NCBI RefSeq assembly: GCF_024521635.1
Contig: NW_026250445.1
Coordinates: 124,001-162,305, forward strand
Length of the DNA stretch: 38,305 nucleotides
From: Tricharina praecox
Taxonomy: Eukaryota
Direction of reading: 5' to 3'
Notes under the pieces: model-generated
The model's input: only the letters and a program-made list of their open reading frames with translations
Told to the model about the DNA's origin: nothing
The model's database searches: none
Translations under genes and position numbers: made by a program
In this document: positions 10,419 to 23,149 of the stretch, piece after piece
Numbering within the stretch: position 1 is the first letter of the stretch
How the letters are laid out: each line of letters starts with the position of its first letter

Positions 10419-13400
10419 CTATATCTTTTGCTTTTCTCCAATACGTGGGAGGTTGTGGTACTGTTAGCTTATCAGCCATAGACGAGCTGTCTGGAGAAGG
10501 GCAGTTCTTTTTGCCGTTTGGGATGTGCAGGTGTAATAGGCACCGCCAAAAGAGGGCCGCATCGTCTGTACTAGACTACCCTAGACTACCTACTATACTT
10601 CCGCTGATCCTCTCGGATTGTTGCCGGTTCGATGGCACTTGCGACCTGGGAGCGGATTGCGATGCCACGGGAAAAACATTTCATCCCCCCTTCAAAAAAA
10701 ATCAGTGAGCGGACTACTATGCGGGGACGGGGATGGACATTGTCTGTGGCTGGTTTTGGTCATGGCCCTCCAACCGCGGGCCAGTGTAGTTCTCATGGTG
10801 CCGAGAGACTCGGGAGACGCACTTGCAACGGGCTGGAACGAGGGCGGGAACGAGGGCGGCGTCTTATCGAGACTGACTACCTAGTGGAGGGGCTGCGAGG
10901 AGCGGATGGCGAGGTGGCGGCGAGGCGGGAGTAGCACTGGCATTACTGGTATATATGTAGTATGGCCTTTGTGGTATGTAGTATGCAGTATGTAAGTAGT
11001 ATGTACCTAGTATGTATTTCGTGTGTCTTATTTCGTCTGTCGTATGTCGTATGTCGTACCTATTTCGTATTTCGTATTCCGTATGTCGTGTAGTATGTCG
11101 TGTAGTATAGCACCAGCAAGAACCCGCCGACTCTTCGTTATCGTGTGATGGTGTGATGGCGTGCACGGCGTGTTTAAGCATAGTTAAACGATTCTGCACC
11201 CAGCCATCACCATCCACCTGATATCCCCACTGCTCCCCACTCAGCACTCCCCACTCCCCGTCCGCGACCCCCCCCCCCCCTCGTAATGATCCTTCAAGTC
11301 CTGCAAGCCTTGCAGCTCGATCAACTGGACCAGGCCATGTATGCAAGCTTCCGATCCCGCCCACCTGACAATTTGTCCACCCGAACCCGTGCCCCGAAGC
11401 CACAGCACAAAGTGTGATTCGTGATTCGCCAGCGGCGTTCACGGGGATCACAATTACAATATATCACTCATCCTCCATTCTCCTGGCGGGCCGACGAAGC
11501 AGATCGAGCCCCCACTCCCCATTCCCCACTTCTTGCTCCTTGCTGCGCGCTGCCTCTCTCGAGGCCAGTTACCTACATACACCCAGGGTACAATGGCAGC
11601 GATGCGGGCGGGCTGGAGAGTCTGCACATACATAGATGGTGGTGGGGGGATTCATATCCACCCGCTCCCGCATCTCCCGCAGCTCCCGTAGCTATGTAGC
11701 TACCGCCGATGCTCAGCGATGGCTACGATCCGCATATTCCCGCCTGCCAGATGGCTTCGGATCGCTATCTCAACAACATAGACGTAGACGTGGATGCGGT
11801 CGGCAGCCATCCAGGGCGCGCGGGATCTGGCCGATGATCGATCGCATACTTAAATCCTACTGTATCTATCTGCCATCCATATTGCCCGGAGCGAGCGACT
11901 AACTAGCTGTGTAGATAAGTACCTCCTACATACTTCCTAGGTGCTTATGTACACACGCAACTACACACGTACACACGGGGAACGCCACACGCAGAGAAGA
12001 AAAGAAAGAAAATAAATCCCGGGACTCCGTCCCTCAGCCAGCGAGCGATCTGGAAAAGGTATGCCAGATCGAAGGTTGCTGCTGCTGCTGCTGCTGCCCG
12101 CTTATCTGGCACCTGGTATGTACGTACATACCTCTTACGGCGGCGAGGGCGCTGGAGCACAGACGTGTATGTACGGCATGATGTATGTATGGTACATTTA
12201 CCCCGGGTACTTTACCGATCGATGCATTGTGCACATGCACGTGGTGGTGATAGTGGTGGTGGGTCAGGTCACGCCGTCACGGCGCAAGACGACGGCGGGG
12301 GCGGTCAATGGTCATGGCGTATCACTCACCGCCCATTGCTCAGATGGCCCGCCCCCTCCCTCCCCCCCGAACGTTAGTAGTTCTGTAGTCCGCCTTGCGA
12401 ATCGGATTGACGCGCTGCAAGATCCTAGCGGAGATGAGTCGGTAACTACTGAACTGCCATGCCAGATTGACTTTGAGTCCGGTCTGCTGAGTAGGTAGGG
12501 AGGTAGACAGCCTGTGGGTAGCCTGTGGGTAGCCAGACAGACAGATATCCGCCCGTCCCACGTCTCACGTTCCATCTCGAGCGCTTGGAAGATGGCGAGT
12601 ACTGTGGGTATGAGGTATCTAGTCCCCTGGCTACGGTACTCGCGCTTTCGCTTCATCGCGCAAAGCGCAGAGGGCGAGTCCCGTGATGGCTATGGAGTGC
12701 GGAATGGCTGGGGGGTAGGGTACACACGATGCGGTCAAGACTCAACACCTGGCGCCCACCTTCCGTCCGTCGAGAGTGCGAGAGCCACGATCCCCTTCCC
12801 CTTCCCCAGTGTTCGACGGATATCGACGGATCCGTCTCCATAGTACCGTATGTTATGTAGTACCGTGTGTAGTACCGCAGTAGCCCGCGACGTCAGTAAC
12901 ATACATAGGAACGATCTAGAGTCTGTGATCTATATCTATAGAGTATAGTAACTACCGTAACTACCGTAGCGGGGAGGGGGGGTGTCGTCATTCATTCATT
13001 CATTCATCTCGGAAGTCGCCTCTTCTCCCCCGCACTTTTGCAGTTCGCGAGCGACGACGACGGCGGCGCGAGAGAGTCGAGAGCGTTTACGTGTGGAAGA
13101 AAAGCACTGCTACGTGTTTCCACGCAGGAACGTGCTCTCGACCGCTCTGCGGGGGAGGGGGGGACGCTCAGCGGGTTTCGAAGAATCAAAGGGTCCCCAC
13201 CCCCTTCCCACCCCCGACAGCTCATGAAGAATTAAGAAAAACGCACGTATCACATCGGGGATTGTGGGGAAAGAAAAAAGGAAAGAAAGAAAAAAACGCC
13301 GCCGCCGACGACGACAACGACGTCTACGTCAACGAGGCGGGGAGGGGGGGAGGGATGGATTGGTTCTAGAAACACTCGCAGAGATGAACGCTCGTGTCGA

Positions 13401-14407
13401 AGGAAGGGAAGGGGAAGGGGAAGGGAAGGGAAGATCTCGACGCGACCAACCGACGGGGAACGACCGCAGAGCCGGTATGCACGTATGCGTTGCAGATTTG
13501 CAGCTAACCAACTAACCCAGTGCGACTGCACAGTCTGCACTGCACAGATCAGATCAGATCAGAGACCGAGACCGCTCTTCGGTTGCACGGTGCGGATAGT
13601 CTGCTAGTGGGAAGTCTGGGTATGATATCATCGATCGTCGTCGACGTCGTCGTCGGTGTTGTGGATGTGGGCGCTTCGAAGTTTTCGTGCCGTGTGGTGC
13701 CGTGCGGTGCGGTCAGATAGGTATTGGCGAGGGGGGAGGGGGGGGGGGGACGCTGCTGCGCATGAGAAAAGACACGTCGTTTGCCCCACCACCACCACCC
13801 CCAGCGGGCGTCGGGCGTCGGGCCTCGTCCTCGTCTTCATGCCCGCTTGGACTAGCCGCCTTCTCCACCATTACCGCTCTCACTATGCTATGTAACACCA
13901 CCACCCACCACCACCACCACCTCACACACCACCCACCTCCACCCACCACCGCGAAACCAAACCCACGATATCACCTGTCCGGCGGCGTCCGCACTTCTAG
14001 ATCTCCGTGCACCTACATACACCTCTGCACACCTCCACCTCACAGCGTGTAACGGAGCTCGAACCGTTAGCCGTGGAGCACTATCCGTGTCCACCTCCCT
14101 ACCTATGCTCACATTCTCACATTCTCACAGCCATGCATCGGCGGCGTCATTCTGCAGGCAGAGTCGAGGAAAAAAACTCGCACACGTCGAGAGTAGTGTG
14201 CACTGTGCATTGCTTTGCTTTACTTGCTTGCGCACTAACAGTCCAACACTGGGGGCTCGAAACGAAGCTCACTGTAGAGTACTTTACAGTACTATACTCT
14301 AGCTTCAACCGAAGCTCACTGCTCACTGCTCAATCGCGTATTCTATATACGGGAAGTATTTTATGGTCCGTATATATAGTATGGTGTACCTACTATAGTA
14401 GTAGTGC

Positions 14408-14512
14408 GATATGATATGTACGATATCCACTATGATATGTACGATATGTACGATATGATATGTACGATATGATATGTACGATATGTGCGATACTACGATA
14501 CTACGATATGTA
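14408..14512 (+). repeat. Imperfect GATAT(GTAC) tandem array
   Basis: Repeated GATATGTAC, GATAT and GATACTAC units. Confidence 0.85.
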
Positions 14513-14951
14513 CCGGTAGGGTGTATGACGAGTGACGAGTGACGAGTGGTTCGGGTACATACGGCGAGCGGGTCTGCGGGTCTGCGGGTCTGCGGCTCAA
14601 AGCCACGTGCGGGAGATGGAGGGAGGGAGGAATAATTTATGGTGGGGTGGAAGGAAAGAAGGGAAGGGTCTGATGGAGGGGTGATGAGGGGCAGAGGGGC
14701 AGAGGGGCAGACCGAGTGCTGGGTGCACTGGATAAGCTGCGGGGCATACCGCAGAAGAGCTCAGATCCAGGGTCCGATAACCAGCGACAGCGCCAGGGTG
14801 TTCACCGTGCACCGTGCGGATGGGCGAACGTCTACGCACGTACGCACGTATGTACCCTATCGATAACGACTGTGACTGGGAATGCGACCGCGGTGACGGC
14901 GGCGGCGGGCGATTATGGAGCTGGCGGGTATCGAGTAGGTACTTATGCCTA

Positions 14952-15944
14952 CCGTATTATCTCGAATAACTGTTCGCTTTTTGAAATGGAACTAACGCGA
15001 TGAAGCGCGCACTATAGTTGATCGGGTTAGCGCTGGTGCGGCAACAGAACATCAGTCGATTAGATTGGTGCGGCTGAAACTGCTGAAGCATCGTGGGAAT
15101 GGCAGATGTAGAGCTTTACAGTACAAGTTGTGTACACCCTACAAAGATCAAGTCGATAGAAATCACGGAGACAACAATGGAGAACAACGAGGTCATCTTC
15201 CCTACGAAAGTAGCACACGCCGACACAGTCATATCAGAATTCGCAGCTCTTATTCTTACACCTACGGCTCAAGATTCTCCTGACAACGACAGACAACAAT
15301 ATCGGACTGATCGCTCGTCAAAGATGTCTACAAGGCACAGTGAGCGCGCTCTCGACACACTCGGTTGACGCGTCCTCAGTAGCAGACTTGGTGGGTGCGC
15401 TCATGGCAGACTCAGTGAGCGCGTTCTTGTTAGGTTCCGTGGGCGCGTTCTTGTTAGGTTCCGTGGACGCGTTCTTGCGAGGCTCGGCGGGCGCGCTCTC
15501 GGTAGGTTGAGTGGTGTACTCTTGACAGGTTCGGTGGGCGTGCCCGGCGAAGGTTCAATAGACGCATCCTCAGCAGGCTCACCGGCCACTCTCTCAGCGC
15601 GCATGGGGAAGATGTCTGTTCCAGTTGAACCAGTATTAGCTAGAAGAAGCAAGCGACTGGAAGGAGTAGGTAAGCGGTATATGGTTGTAGAGCTGCTTCC
15701 TAACATCAGCAACACTGAAATGATAATATTGTGGCAGTCTGCTGGAGAGACGAGGTCTGAAGTTGGGTGCTGTGCATGTGGAGAAACATCACGGAGACTT
15801 TGCGCTAGTGAATTTGATACTGACTAAGCGCGAAGCGCTCCAAATCCGGTGTGTAACAGCAAAAAGCAGTTAGATGCGCGCCAAGCCTGCGTGTAGCGGC
15901 GCTAACCACTCCAAAAAAGCGAACAGTTATCCGAGATAATACGG
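14952..15944. mobile_element. Complete non-autonomous Tc1/mariner (pogo-like) DNA transposon, 993 bp
   Basis: 31-bp TIRs CCGTATTATCTCG(A/G)ATAACTGTTCGCTTTTT at 14952-14982 and 15914-15944 (30/31 identical), flanked by TA at 14950-14951 and 15945-15946. No transposase ORF. The interior lacks the stutter repeats of the flanks. Confidence 0.9.
15318..15604 (-). pseudogene. Frameshifted octapeptide-repeat (xTEPxxxA-like) coding remnant inside the transposon
   Basis: 24-bp period, with exact duplicate units at 15419-15442 and 15443-15466. The minus strand reads VAGEPAED-ASIEPSPG-TPTEPVKS, then a 1-nt deletion at ~15513, then TQPTES-APAEPRKN-ASTEPNKN-APTEPNKN-ALTESAMS-APTKSATED-ASTECVES-ALTVPCRHL*. 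Confidence 0.55.
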
Positions 15945-16578
15945 TATGATATGTAGTACCGTAGAGCAGCTGCCGCCCGCGGGTGCTTCCGTGGGCACAT
16001 CCTCCCGAGTACTTCCATCACACGCGTGCACTCGCCATCACGGTCGCAATCGCAATCGCAATCGCATCGCGCCGCGCCGGGAAGCAGGTCGCTAGTTAGA
16101 TAACTAAGCTGATGTGAGGTGAGGTGAGGTGAGCTGAGACCCTGCGGCCACCGCGGCCATTGGCCCACTGGCCCACTGATGCCAACGAACGAACGCGTCG
16201 TGGGGAAAAAACGTGCGCTCCCTCCCTGGCCGTCCATCTATCGTCCGATACTGACGTCAGTTTCAGAGGGCGAAGAGCCCCCGGGCCCCCGGCTTGGGGT
16301 GGTGCTTGGGGTTGCTTGGGGTTGCTTGGGGTGGGGCTCGTTAGGGACTGGGCCGTTGCTGCTCGTTGTGGACTACCGCTAGTACATAAATACCCTGACT
16401 ACCCTGACTACCCTGACTACATATGCAGTGGAGACGAGACGATGAAACTATTCTATGTGTGTAGGTTAGGCGGGTAGGTTGTGTGTCTTGTGTATTTTGG
16501 GTATGTTGTGTATGTATGTGGGTATATAGGATGTAGGTGCGTGGGACACTGGGACACTGGGACACTGGGACAGTGGAA

Positions 16579-16580
<2 letters not shown>

Positions 16581-16610
<30 letters not shown>
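16581..16610 (+). repeat. (GT)15 microsatellite, preceded by a (GGGACACT)x3 stutter
   Basis: Directly visible. Confidence 0.95.
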
Positions 16611-16614
<4 letters not shown>

Positions 16615-17145
16615 AATAGTGTGAGAGAAGGGAGCCCTGCATTCCACCCAGCGTCCTCCCTCGTCCTCCCACCGTCCGTCACGGGCGTCGCAGAGCGGCA
16701 ACGGCGGCGGCGGCGGCGGCGAGTCGCGAGTCGCGACTTGCGACATACATCCCCAGAGTGGCCGTGACTGGGGACGGGTGGGCGGACACGGTCCCCTCTG
16801 AAATGGCTGACGGCTAACTAATACCGTAGATGTTGTGCACCCGCACGTCCGTCACCCGTGGGACACCCGTGGGACACTGACACTGGCACTGGGACGGACG
16901 TGTTTCGATTCAGGATTCATCACAGGATCACGTACTGTACTGCACGGGCGGTTTAACTAAGTCGGTCGGGCGGTCGATCAGTCGTTCTGCAAATCTGCGA
17001 AATCTGCGGTGTGCGTAGCTCGTGAGTGCTGTCTGCCTTTCTATCCGTCCGTCTGCCTTTACACGTCTGCGTCTCCGTCCCATCTCCGTCTCCATCTCCG
17101 TCTCTGTTTGTGCCCACCGTACCTACGGTATTTCCATGTCGCGAT

Positions 17146-17200
17146 CTCACTCTCTCACTCTCTCACTCTCTCACTCTCTCACTCTCTCACTTCCTCTCAC
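17146..17200 (+). repeat. (CTCTCACT)n microsatellite
   Basis: About 6 near-perfect 8-bp units. Confidence 0.9.
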
Positions 17201-18164
17201 TCCCCTGCGCGATTTATCCACCCCGTGCACCACTCCGTACTCTAGAGTACTCTACAGCACGGTACGGTAACTACAACCCCCTTCTGGCACTATGTATACC
17301 GTACTCTACACACTCTGCAAAAACCCATCGACCATGTCCGTCCAGCCCTGGTCCCCGAAGGATGAAAGCCGCCCCCCCCCCAACTTCCAAGCCCGCTCTT
17401 AGCTGAGCCTACATACACACCTACAAATCGCTGCGGTGGCCGGTGGGTGGTACAGGCTAACTAGTTGCTATCAGTTACAGCTTGTCATGCAGGTTGGGTT
17501 GCATGCCTGGTGCCATGCACGTTTTCGAGCTGGAGCTGGGGCTGGGAGGAGGGGGGAGGGGGGGGCGTCGGGCGTCGCTTGAAGAAAAAAACATAACGAG
17601 ATAAAACATAAAGAGATAAAAATGGAAATAAAAAAGCTGACCTGACCGGCAGAACTGGGGCGGAACCGGAACAGAATAGAACAAAACAGAACACCCTCCA
17701 GCATAGATAATTCATAAATATCATATCTTTGGTACTTTGGGGAAGCTGGCTGGCTGTCCGCCCGCCGGCCGGCTAGGCAGTGGCCACATGACCTCCATTG
17801 AGGGATCGTCAGGCTCCTAACGAAAGTATCGTTTCTTCTTCTTCTTCTGGCTGGGGGAGAAGCATAGATCACAGTAGATATCCTCCGGAGTCGGACGTCC
17901 CTGCAGCGCTTCTCTCTGCCACACCACACTCACCACACACCATACACAAATCCACATTCACACCACACACTCACTCACTCACTCACACACACCAATGATC
18001 ATGTCGCCATATCGAGTAGGTCTGTATGTAGCTACCATACCTCGCCACGGTGAATTCTCAATCGTCGGGCTTCTGAGGCAGGCATACTAGCAGCGCCGGT
18101 AATCGGATAGAGTATAGAAGAGTCGCGCGCGCATGTCCACCGCCGTGAAGCTTTCCGGCAGCCG

Positions 18165-18197
<33 letters not shown>
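18165..18197 (+). repeat. (CAT)11 microsatellite
   Basis: Directly visible. Confidence 0.95.
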
Positions 18198-18199
<2 letters not shown>

Positions 18200-18662
18200 A
18201 TGATCATCAATGATCACCACAATGGCGCCGCCGAGGGAAACACGGAGGCGCGGAGGATCGAGTTTGTGTCGTACAGTATGTAGCATAGATACGGTTTTGA
18301 CAACGCATCTTTTCTTCATTCTTTCTGGCTCGACGGGAAGTACTTATAAGTTATGTAGCTAGACGATCCGGACGATCCAGAATCTAGGAGGCAGAATCCA
18401 GAATCCAGATTATTCCATACGGACCCGACTTCTCTAGAGTCCAGAGTTTATCCATCAAGTACCAATATTATATGGGATTGAAAGTTGAAATCACAACAGC
18501 CACACGCGACGTGCATCATTGCGGACGAGAAAATTTTCTCTTCTTCTTCCTTCGAGATATCTCATATGTATCTCCATCTACCGTTAGGAATACTATAGAG
18601 TGGAGTAGAGTAGATAGTCGAGCCCGGATCCGATGTGATGCTGCTATGATATGATATGGTAT

Positions 18663-18698
18663 GCAGAGGCAGAGGCAGAGGCAGAGGCAGAGGCAGAG
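18663..18698 (+). repeat. (GCAGAG)6 microsatellite
   Basis: Directly visible. Confidence 0.95.
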
Positions 18699-18903
18699 TA
18701 CTCTACCGGCAGTATGTACCTCGGTGGGTAGATAGGTATTTCGAATAAACTTGTGTCAGAGATTCGCAGTGGGTACATAGAGTGTAGTATGCCGTGTCGG
18801 TCAGTAATAAGTTTCGTCCATCAGCATCAGCATGAGGCTTGAGCATCCATCAGCATCAGCGTGGGCATCAGCAGTGCCGACACCGGGCCGGCCGGGGGTG
18901 GGC

Positions 18904-18926
18904 GGGGGGGGGGGGGGGGGGGGGGG
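18904..18926 (+). repeat. Poly-G tract (G23)
   Basis: Directly visible. Other long G tracts lie at ~19445-19462, 30154-30172 and 34691-34711. Confidence 0.9.
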
Positions 18927-21208
18927 CAGCGCCAAATGGGGGATCGCGAAGCTTGTCGCAGCATCAGCATCAACGTAAGTAAGTAGTGAGCACTTCCACT
19001 TCCACTTCCTCGATCCAAATCCACAATCCAAAGATAGCCAGACGACCGGTCCGTTTTATCGTAATTCTTTTGCTGCGGGGGGCGGGGGGCGGGGGTGCGG
19101 ATATTGTTTATTCGCTCGCTGTCTCCGTCTCTCGCTCACCAAAAAAGAAACAAGTAGGTAAAGCAAACCCCCGAAATACTTCTTATAGATAGACCGGACG
19201 TCCGTGGGAATCAGGGGATTTGGTATTTGATCTGGCGGACGGACGCCGTGACGCCGCGACTCTGCGACGCTGCGACGCTGCGAACCCCCACGGAAATGCA
19301 GCAGCTGCGGCCGGCCGGAAAGGATTTTTTTCTTTCGCTTTCTTTCTTTCTTTCTTTCTTTTCCCGTGGGAAGTTTATTCGGATCGTGAGAGTGGGAGTG
19401 GGATAAGATCCACAGAAGGGCCAGGGGTTTGGGAGGTGGGAAGTGGGGGGGGGGGGGGGGGGCGACTCGGGAGGTCCATGGATGGGATGCCGGAACGTCG
19501 ACGGACCACTCAACTCAATGCTTGTGCTCGTGTGGCTGCGGACCTGCGGTGACGAACGAGAATTCCAATTCATCTTGATGGCTGGATGGCGAGCCACGAT
19601 CTCTGCGTGGCCGTAATGCGTCAAATCGGTGTATCGTATGTACGAAGCGAAGGAAGCCGATGAAGTGTATGTACTTATGAGTGGTTGCATGTAGGATGTG
19701 TATAACTGGTACTCTCCGTACGAGTCCTCCACGTATCTAGAGCCCTATCGTACTGGTGCTCTTCCCATGATTAGTAGCGAAGTGTCAAAGAGAGCAGGTA
19801 CATATCGTACCTTGGCGTCTGGCATCGTCGCCGTCGTTCGGCGGCCGGTTCTGTACTGTATGTATCGTCGATTGACCGATGACAAGTCGAGAAGGGGAAG
19901 GCCGGCAGCGCGCACAGCCCAGTGCCCCACCAATCCCGCCGCACCAATCACCCTCCAATCCTCCGCCGATCCTCCGGCCCCCCACGAGACAAGGCTGTCG
20001 GAGACTCGGAACGACGACAGACCATACATATGATCATCTGCTCTTCGCCTGCGGGCGTCGCGGCGATCCTGCAAAAAGACCAGGGGAGAAAGAAAGAAAG
20101 AAAAAAAGGGCGTCCGTCGGCGTCGTCCGTCCTTGACCCTTTTTTCAGCCGTCGCGACGTCTGTCCGTCGTGGCTCGTCCCACCGTCGTGACTCGTCCGT
20201 CGTCCGTCGTCCGTTCAACGTTGATCGTTTTCAATCGACATCCGTGGTCCGGCTCCGGAAGTGCAGTGCTAGAGTAATACTGTAATAGTGCTAGTACTAT
20301 TGATAGATACCAGACACACCGTGCTCAAAACTTACAAGTGGACGGCTCTGCACTGTGCAGCCGCGAATAAACGGGCATTCTGATCGCCGAAGATTCCTTC
20401 CGGTTCCAGACACAGTACGTAGAGCAGTAGTCGCATCGTCACGGGCTCCGGGTTTCAACCCGCAGCGGGCGCCGGACAGAGCCCAGGGCTGAGAGCCTGA
20501 GACGGAGCGCCCGTCATAGTAGGCAACAGAGGAATCTGCAGTGCTTGTGGTTGTTGGGTTCACCCGGTTTGCAGGGTTGGGCAGGTACTTGGGGGAGCAG
20601 GTAGCCTCGCCTTGCCTGCTCGCAGCTCGTCACGACGTACCTACTCTACTCGTAGGTACCGCATGTAGGCAGCACCTGAAGTGGAAGGCAAATCCGGCCG
20701 GCATTACGTGCTCTCACGTTCTGGGCCGGGCCAATGACCAACTTGTCGCTCTTGGCTGTTCTCCGGGGCTACGTGCTGTCGAGGATAGATATAGATGGTG
20801 GAAGGCGAAGAAAGAAAGAAAAGAAAAAAAGTCACGATACGATGAGATAGATAGGCAGAGCGATGACACGCCGCTACTCGTACGTACGTACGCGCGGGGA
20901 GTTTCACCACCGGCTCGTCTTTTCGTCTGTCGCGTTCGCGCCAGGCGTAGAGTGGGTATCTGCTAGTAGGAATGCGTCGTCGTCGTCGGTAGTTGCCTAT
21001 CGTGAAGGAGCTTGGGCAATGGGGGTTCCAGAGAGAGGCAACGTCGAAAAAGGAAACAATCGGCTCCGAGTCGACAGCTCCAAACGCGCGCCCCGCACCA
21101 CCTCATATGTAGCGGAAGCAAACCGAACGGTTCTCGCCCGTGGACACATCTAACGGGGGAAAGAGGGATGCTCCTTCTCGAGCGGGCGGTGATGCGTCGA
21201 GATATAGA

Positions 21209-21290
21209 ACAGAGCAGAGTAGGGAAGAGCAAAGCAGGGTAGAGCAGAGCAAAGCAGGGTAGAGCAGAGCAAAGCAGGGTAGAGCAGAGC
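21209..21290 (+). repeat. 20-bp tandem repeat (AGAGCAGAGCAAAGCAGGGT)x~4
   Basis: Higher-order repeat of AGAGC-type pentamers. Confidence 0.9.
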
Positions 21291-22655
21291 ATAGTGGCGT
21301 AGAATAGAGTACGGCACTAGTCGAGCACGTTTGTACGAGTGGGTAGGGTTCGCTTTGGGAAACACGGAACGGCATCATTCGCGGGATCAGCCGTGCCCCA
21401 CTGAATCCGTGCGCGGTTCCGAGACAAGAGTCTGTGCTTTCTGGGGCGCTCGCTTCCTTCCCCGAGCAACGGACGAATCGCAATCTTATCCACGCAGCCG
21501 AGATAGAGAGAGAGAGCGTGAGAAAGAGCAAAGAGGGCGAAGAGGAGGCTCGTGTTGCATCCGTTTGCGATGACGACAGTGGGCCTTCCGTCGTTCGCTC
21601 CCAGCCGCCGCCGCCATGCAGAAGGCTTACATGGATTGGAATCGGCAGGGAAAAAAGGGTGTTTTGGTGGAGATGGATGGCGGCGGTGGTGGTGGGGTGG
21701 TGGTGGTGATTCCAACCAAACAGAGCGAACCCTACCGATAGCCGGCATCTGCATCTGCAACTGCAGTGCGAGTCGAAGCACGACGACGGATTCAGAATGC
21801 AGTCCTAGAGTAGAGTAGAGCCCTCACTACTCTGGAGTCTATATTCCGCCATGTAGGTAGCACCGATAGTGCCTCACATGGAAGGCGTTCGGTCCAACGC
21901 CTTTCGCCGGCTCCGAACGGCGCCGGACCCTTCCAACATCTCGGCGGCAACGGGAGCGTACATGTATCTGGAACGACTGGTCGGCGTGAGTTGTTGGGAT
22001 GGATGCGCAGCCCGCCCGTCGCTGGTTGGAGTGCGCTGAGCGGCCGCTATCGAGGTTGTTGGGGAGCTGGCCGCAGGGGATACTAGCAGGTACTTTAGAT
22101 TGTCGTTTCCAGTGAGTTCGCCGCCGCCGTCCACATCCCGCCCGCCCGCCCTCCCGCCCTCCCGCGCCTTCCACCATCCACCAACGCCTTCCACCATCTG
22201 CCATCCGCCCTCCTCTACCCGCGGTGGCGATGCTCCTCAAAATGGCACTCCCACCAAGAGCCCACCTGAGCCTTGGCACATGCATGTACCTCAAGCCTCA
22301 AGGCTCAAACGCGAGCGCCATCCCTGGCTGCCGCATTCGACTTGCTGCAGCGGGCGCTCCCATCCCACCCACCCACAACACGGGCGCATCATAAGTACTT
22401 CTGTTAAGTACCAGATACCGCTTGTGCAGAGCTTATCCAGCGCCGAAGCGAGGTCCACGAACGCGAATGTGAACTGTTTCTTCTTCTGCTTCCTCTTCTT
22501 GCTCCTGCTGATGGCTGCTGCTGCTGTGTACCGTTTCATAGAGTACACACGATCTAATCCCAGCCACCCCCCGTCAACCCATACCGACTTACCAAGGCTG
22601 CGAAAACCTGGGGTCATGCGCGCAATTGGATGGATGAATTGGTTTCGGCCGTCGC

Positions 22656-22691
22656 GGTGGTGGTGGTGGTGGTGGTGGTGGTGGTGGTGGT
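22656..22691 (+). repeat. (GGT)12 microsatellite
   Basis: Directly visible. Confidence 0.95.
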
Positions 22692-22981
22692 GGGCTGGTG
22701 GGCTGGTGGGCTGGTGGTGGGCTGTACCCTTGCACCCAAGGGCCAACCTGCGACATGATACATGAATACCACATCGGACACGCTCCGGCGAAGCTACTCT
22801 AGAGACCCAGCCTAGAGTAGGTAGAGTACATGGCGACACATTCTCGGAGTTATCGTGAGTTATGTACGCTGGGTACATACCGGCCGACGGAGGATGTACG
22901 ACGAAGCATGTATGTACGGCGGCGGTGAGATGTGGATCGTGAGTACTCTACTCTACATGTGCGACAACCGCCAAGACGCCC

Positions 22982-23023
22982 ACCACCACCACCACCACCA
23001 CCACCACCACCACCACCACCACC
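22982..23023 (+). repeat. (ACC)14 microsatellite
   Basis: Directly visible. Confidence 0.95.
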
Positions 23024-23094
23024 ATGACGCCCACCGACCACCGACCACCGTGACCAGCTACCATACTATCATGCTGCCATACTACCATACTACC

Positions 23095-23149
23095 ATGCTC
23101 CCATGCTCCCATGCTCCCATGCTCCCATTCTCCCATGCTCCCATGCTCC
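23095..23149 (+). repeat. (ATGCTCCC)n 8-bp tandem repeat
   Basis: About 6-7 units, one variant ATTCTCCC. Confidence 0.9.
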
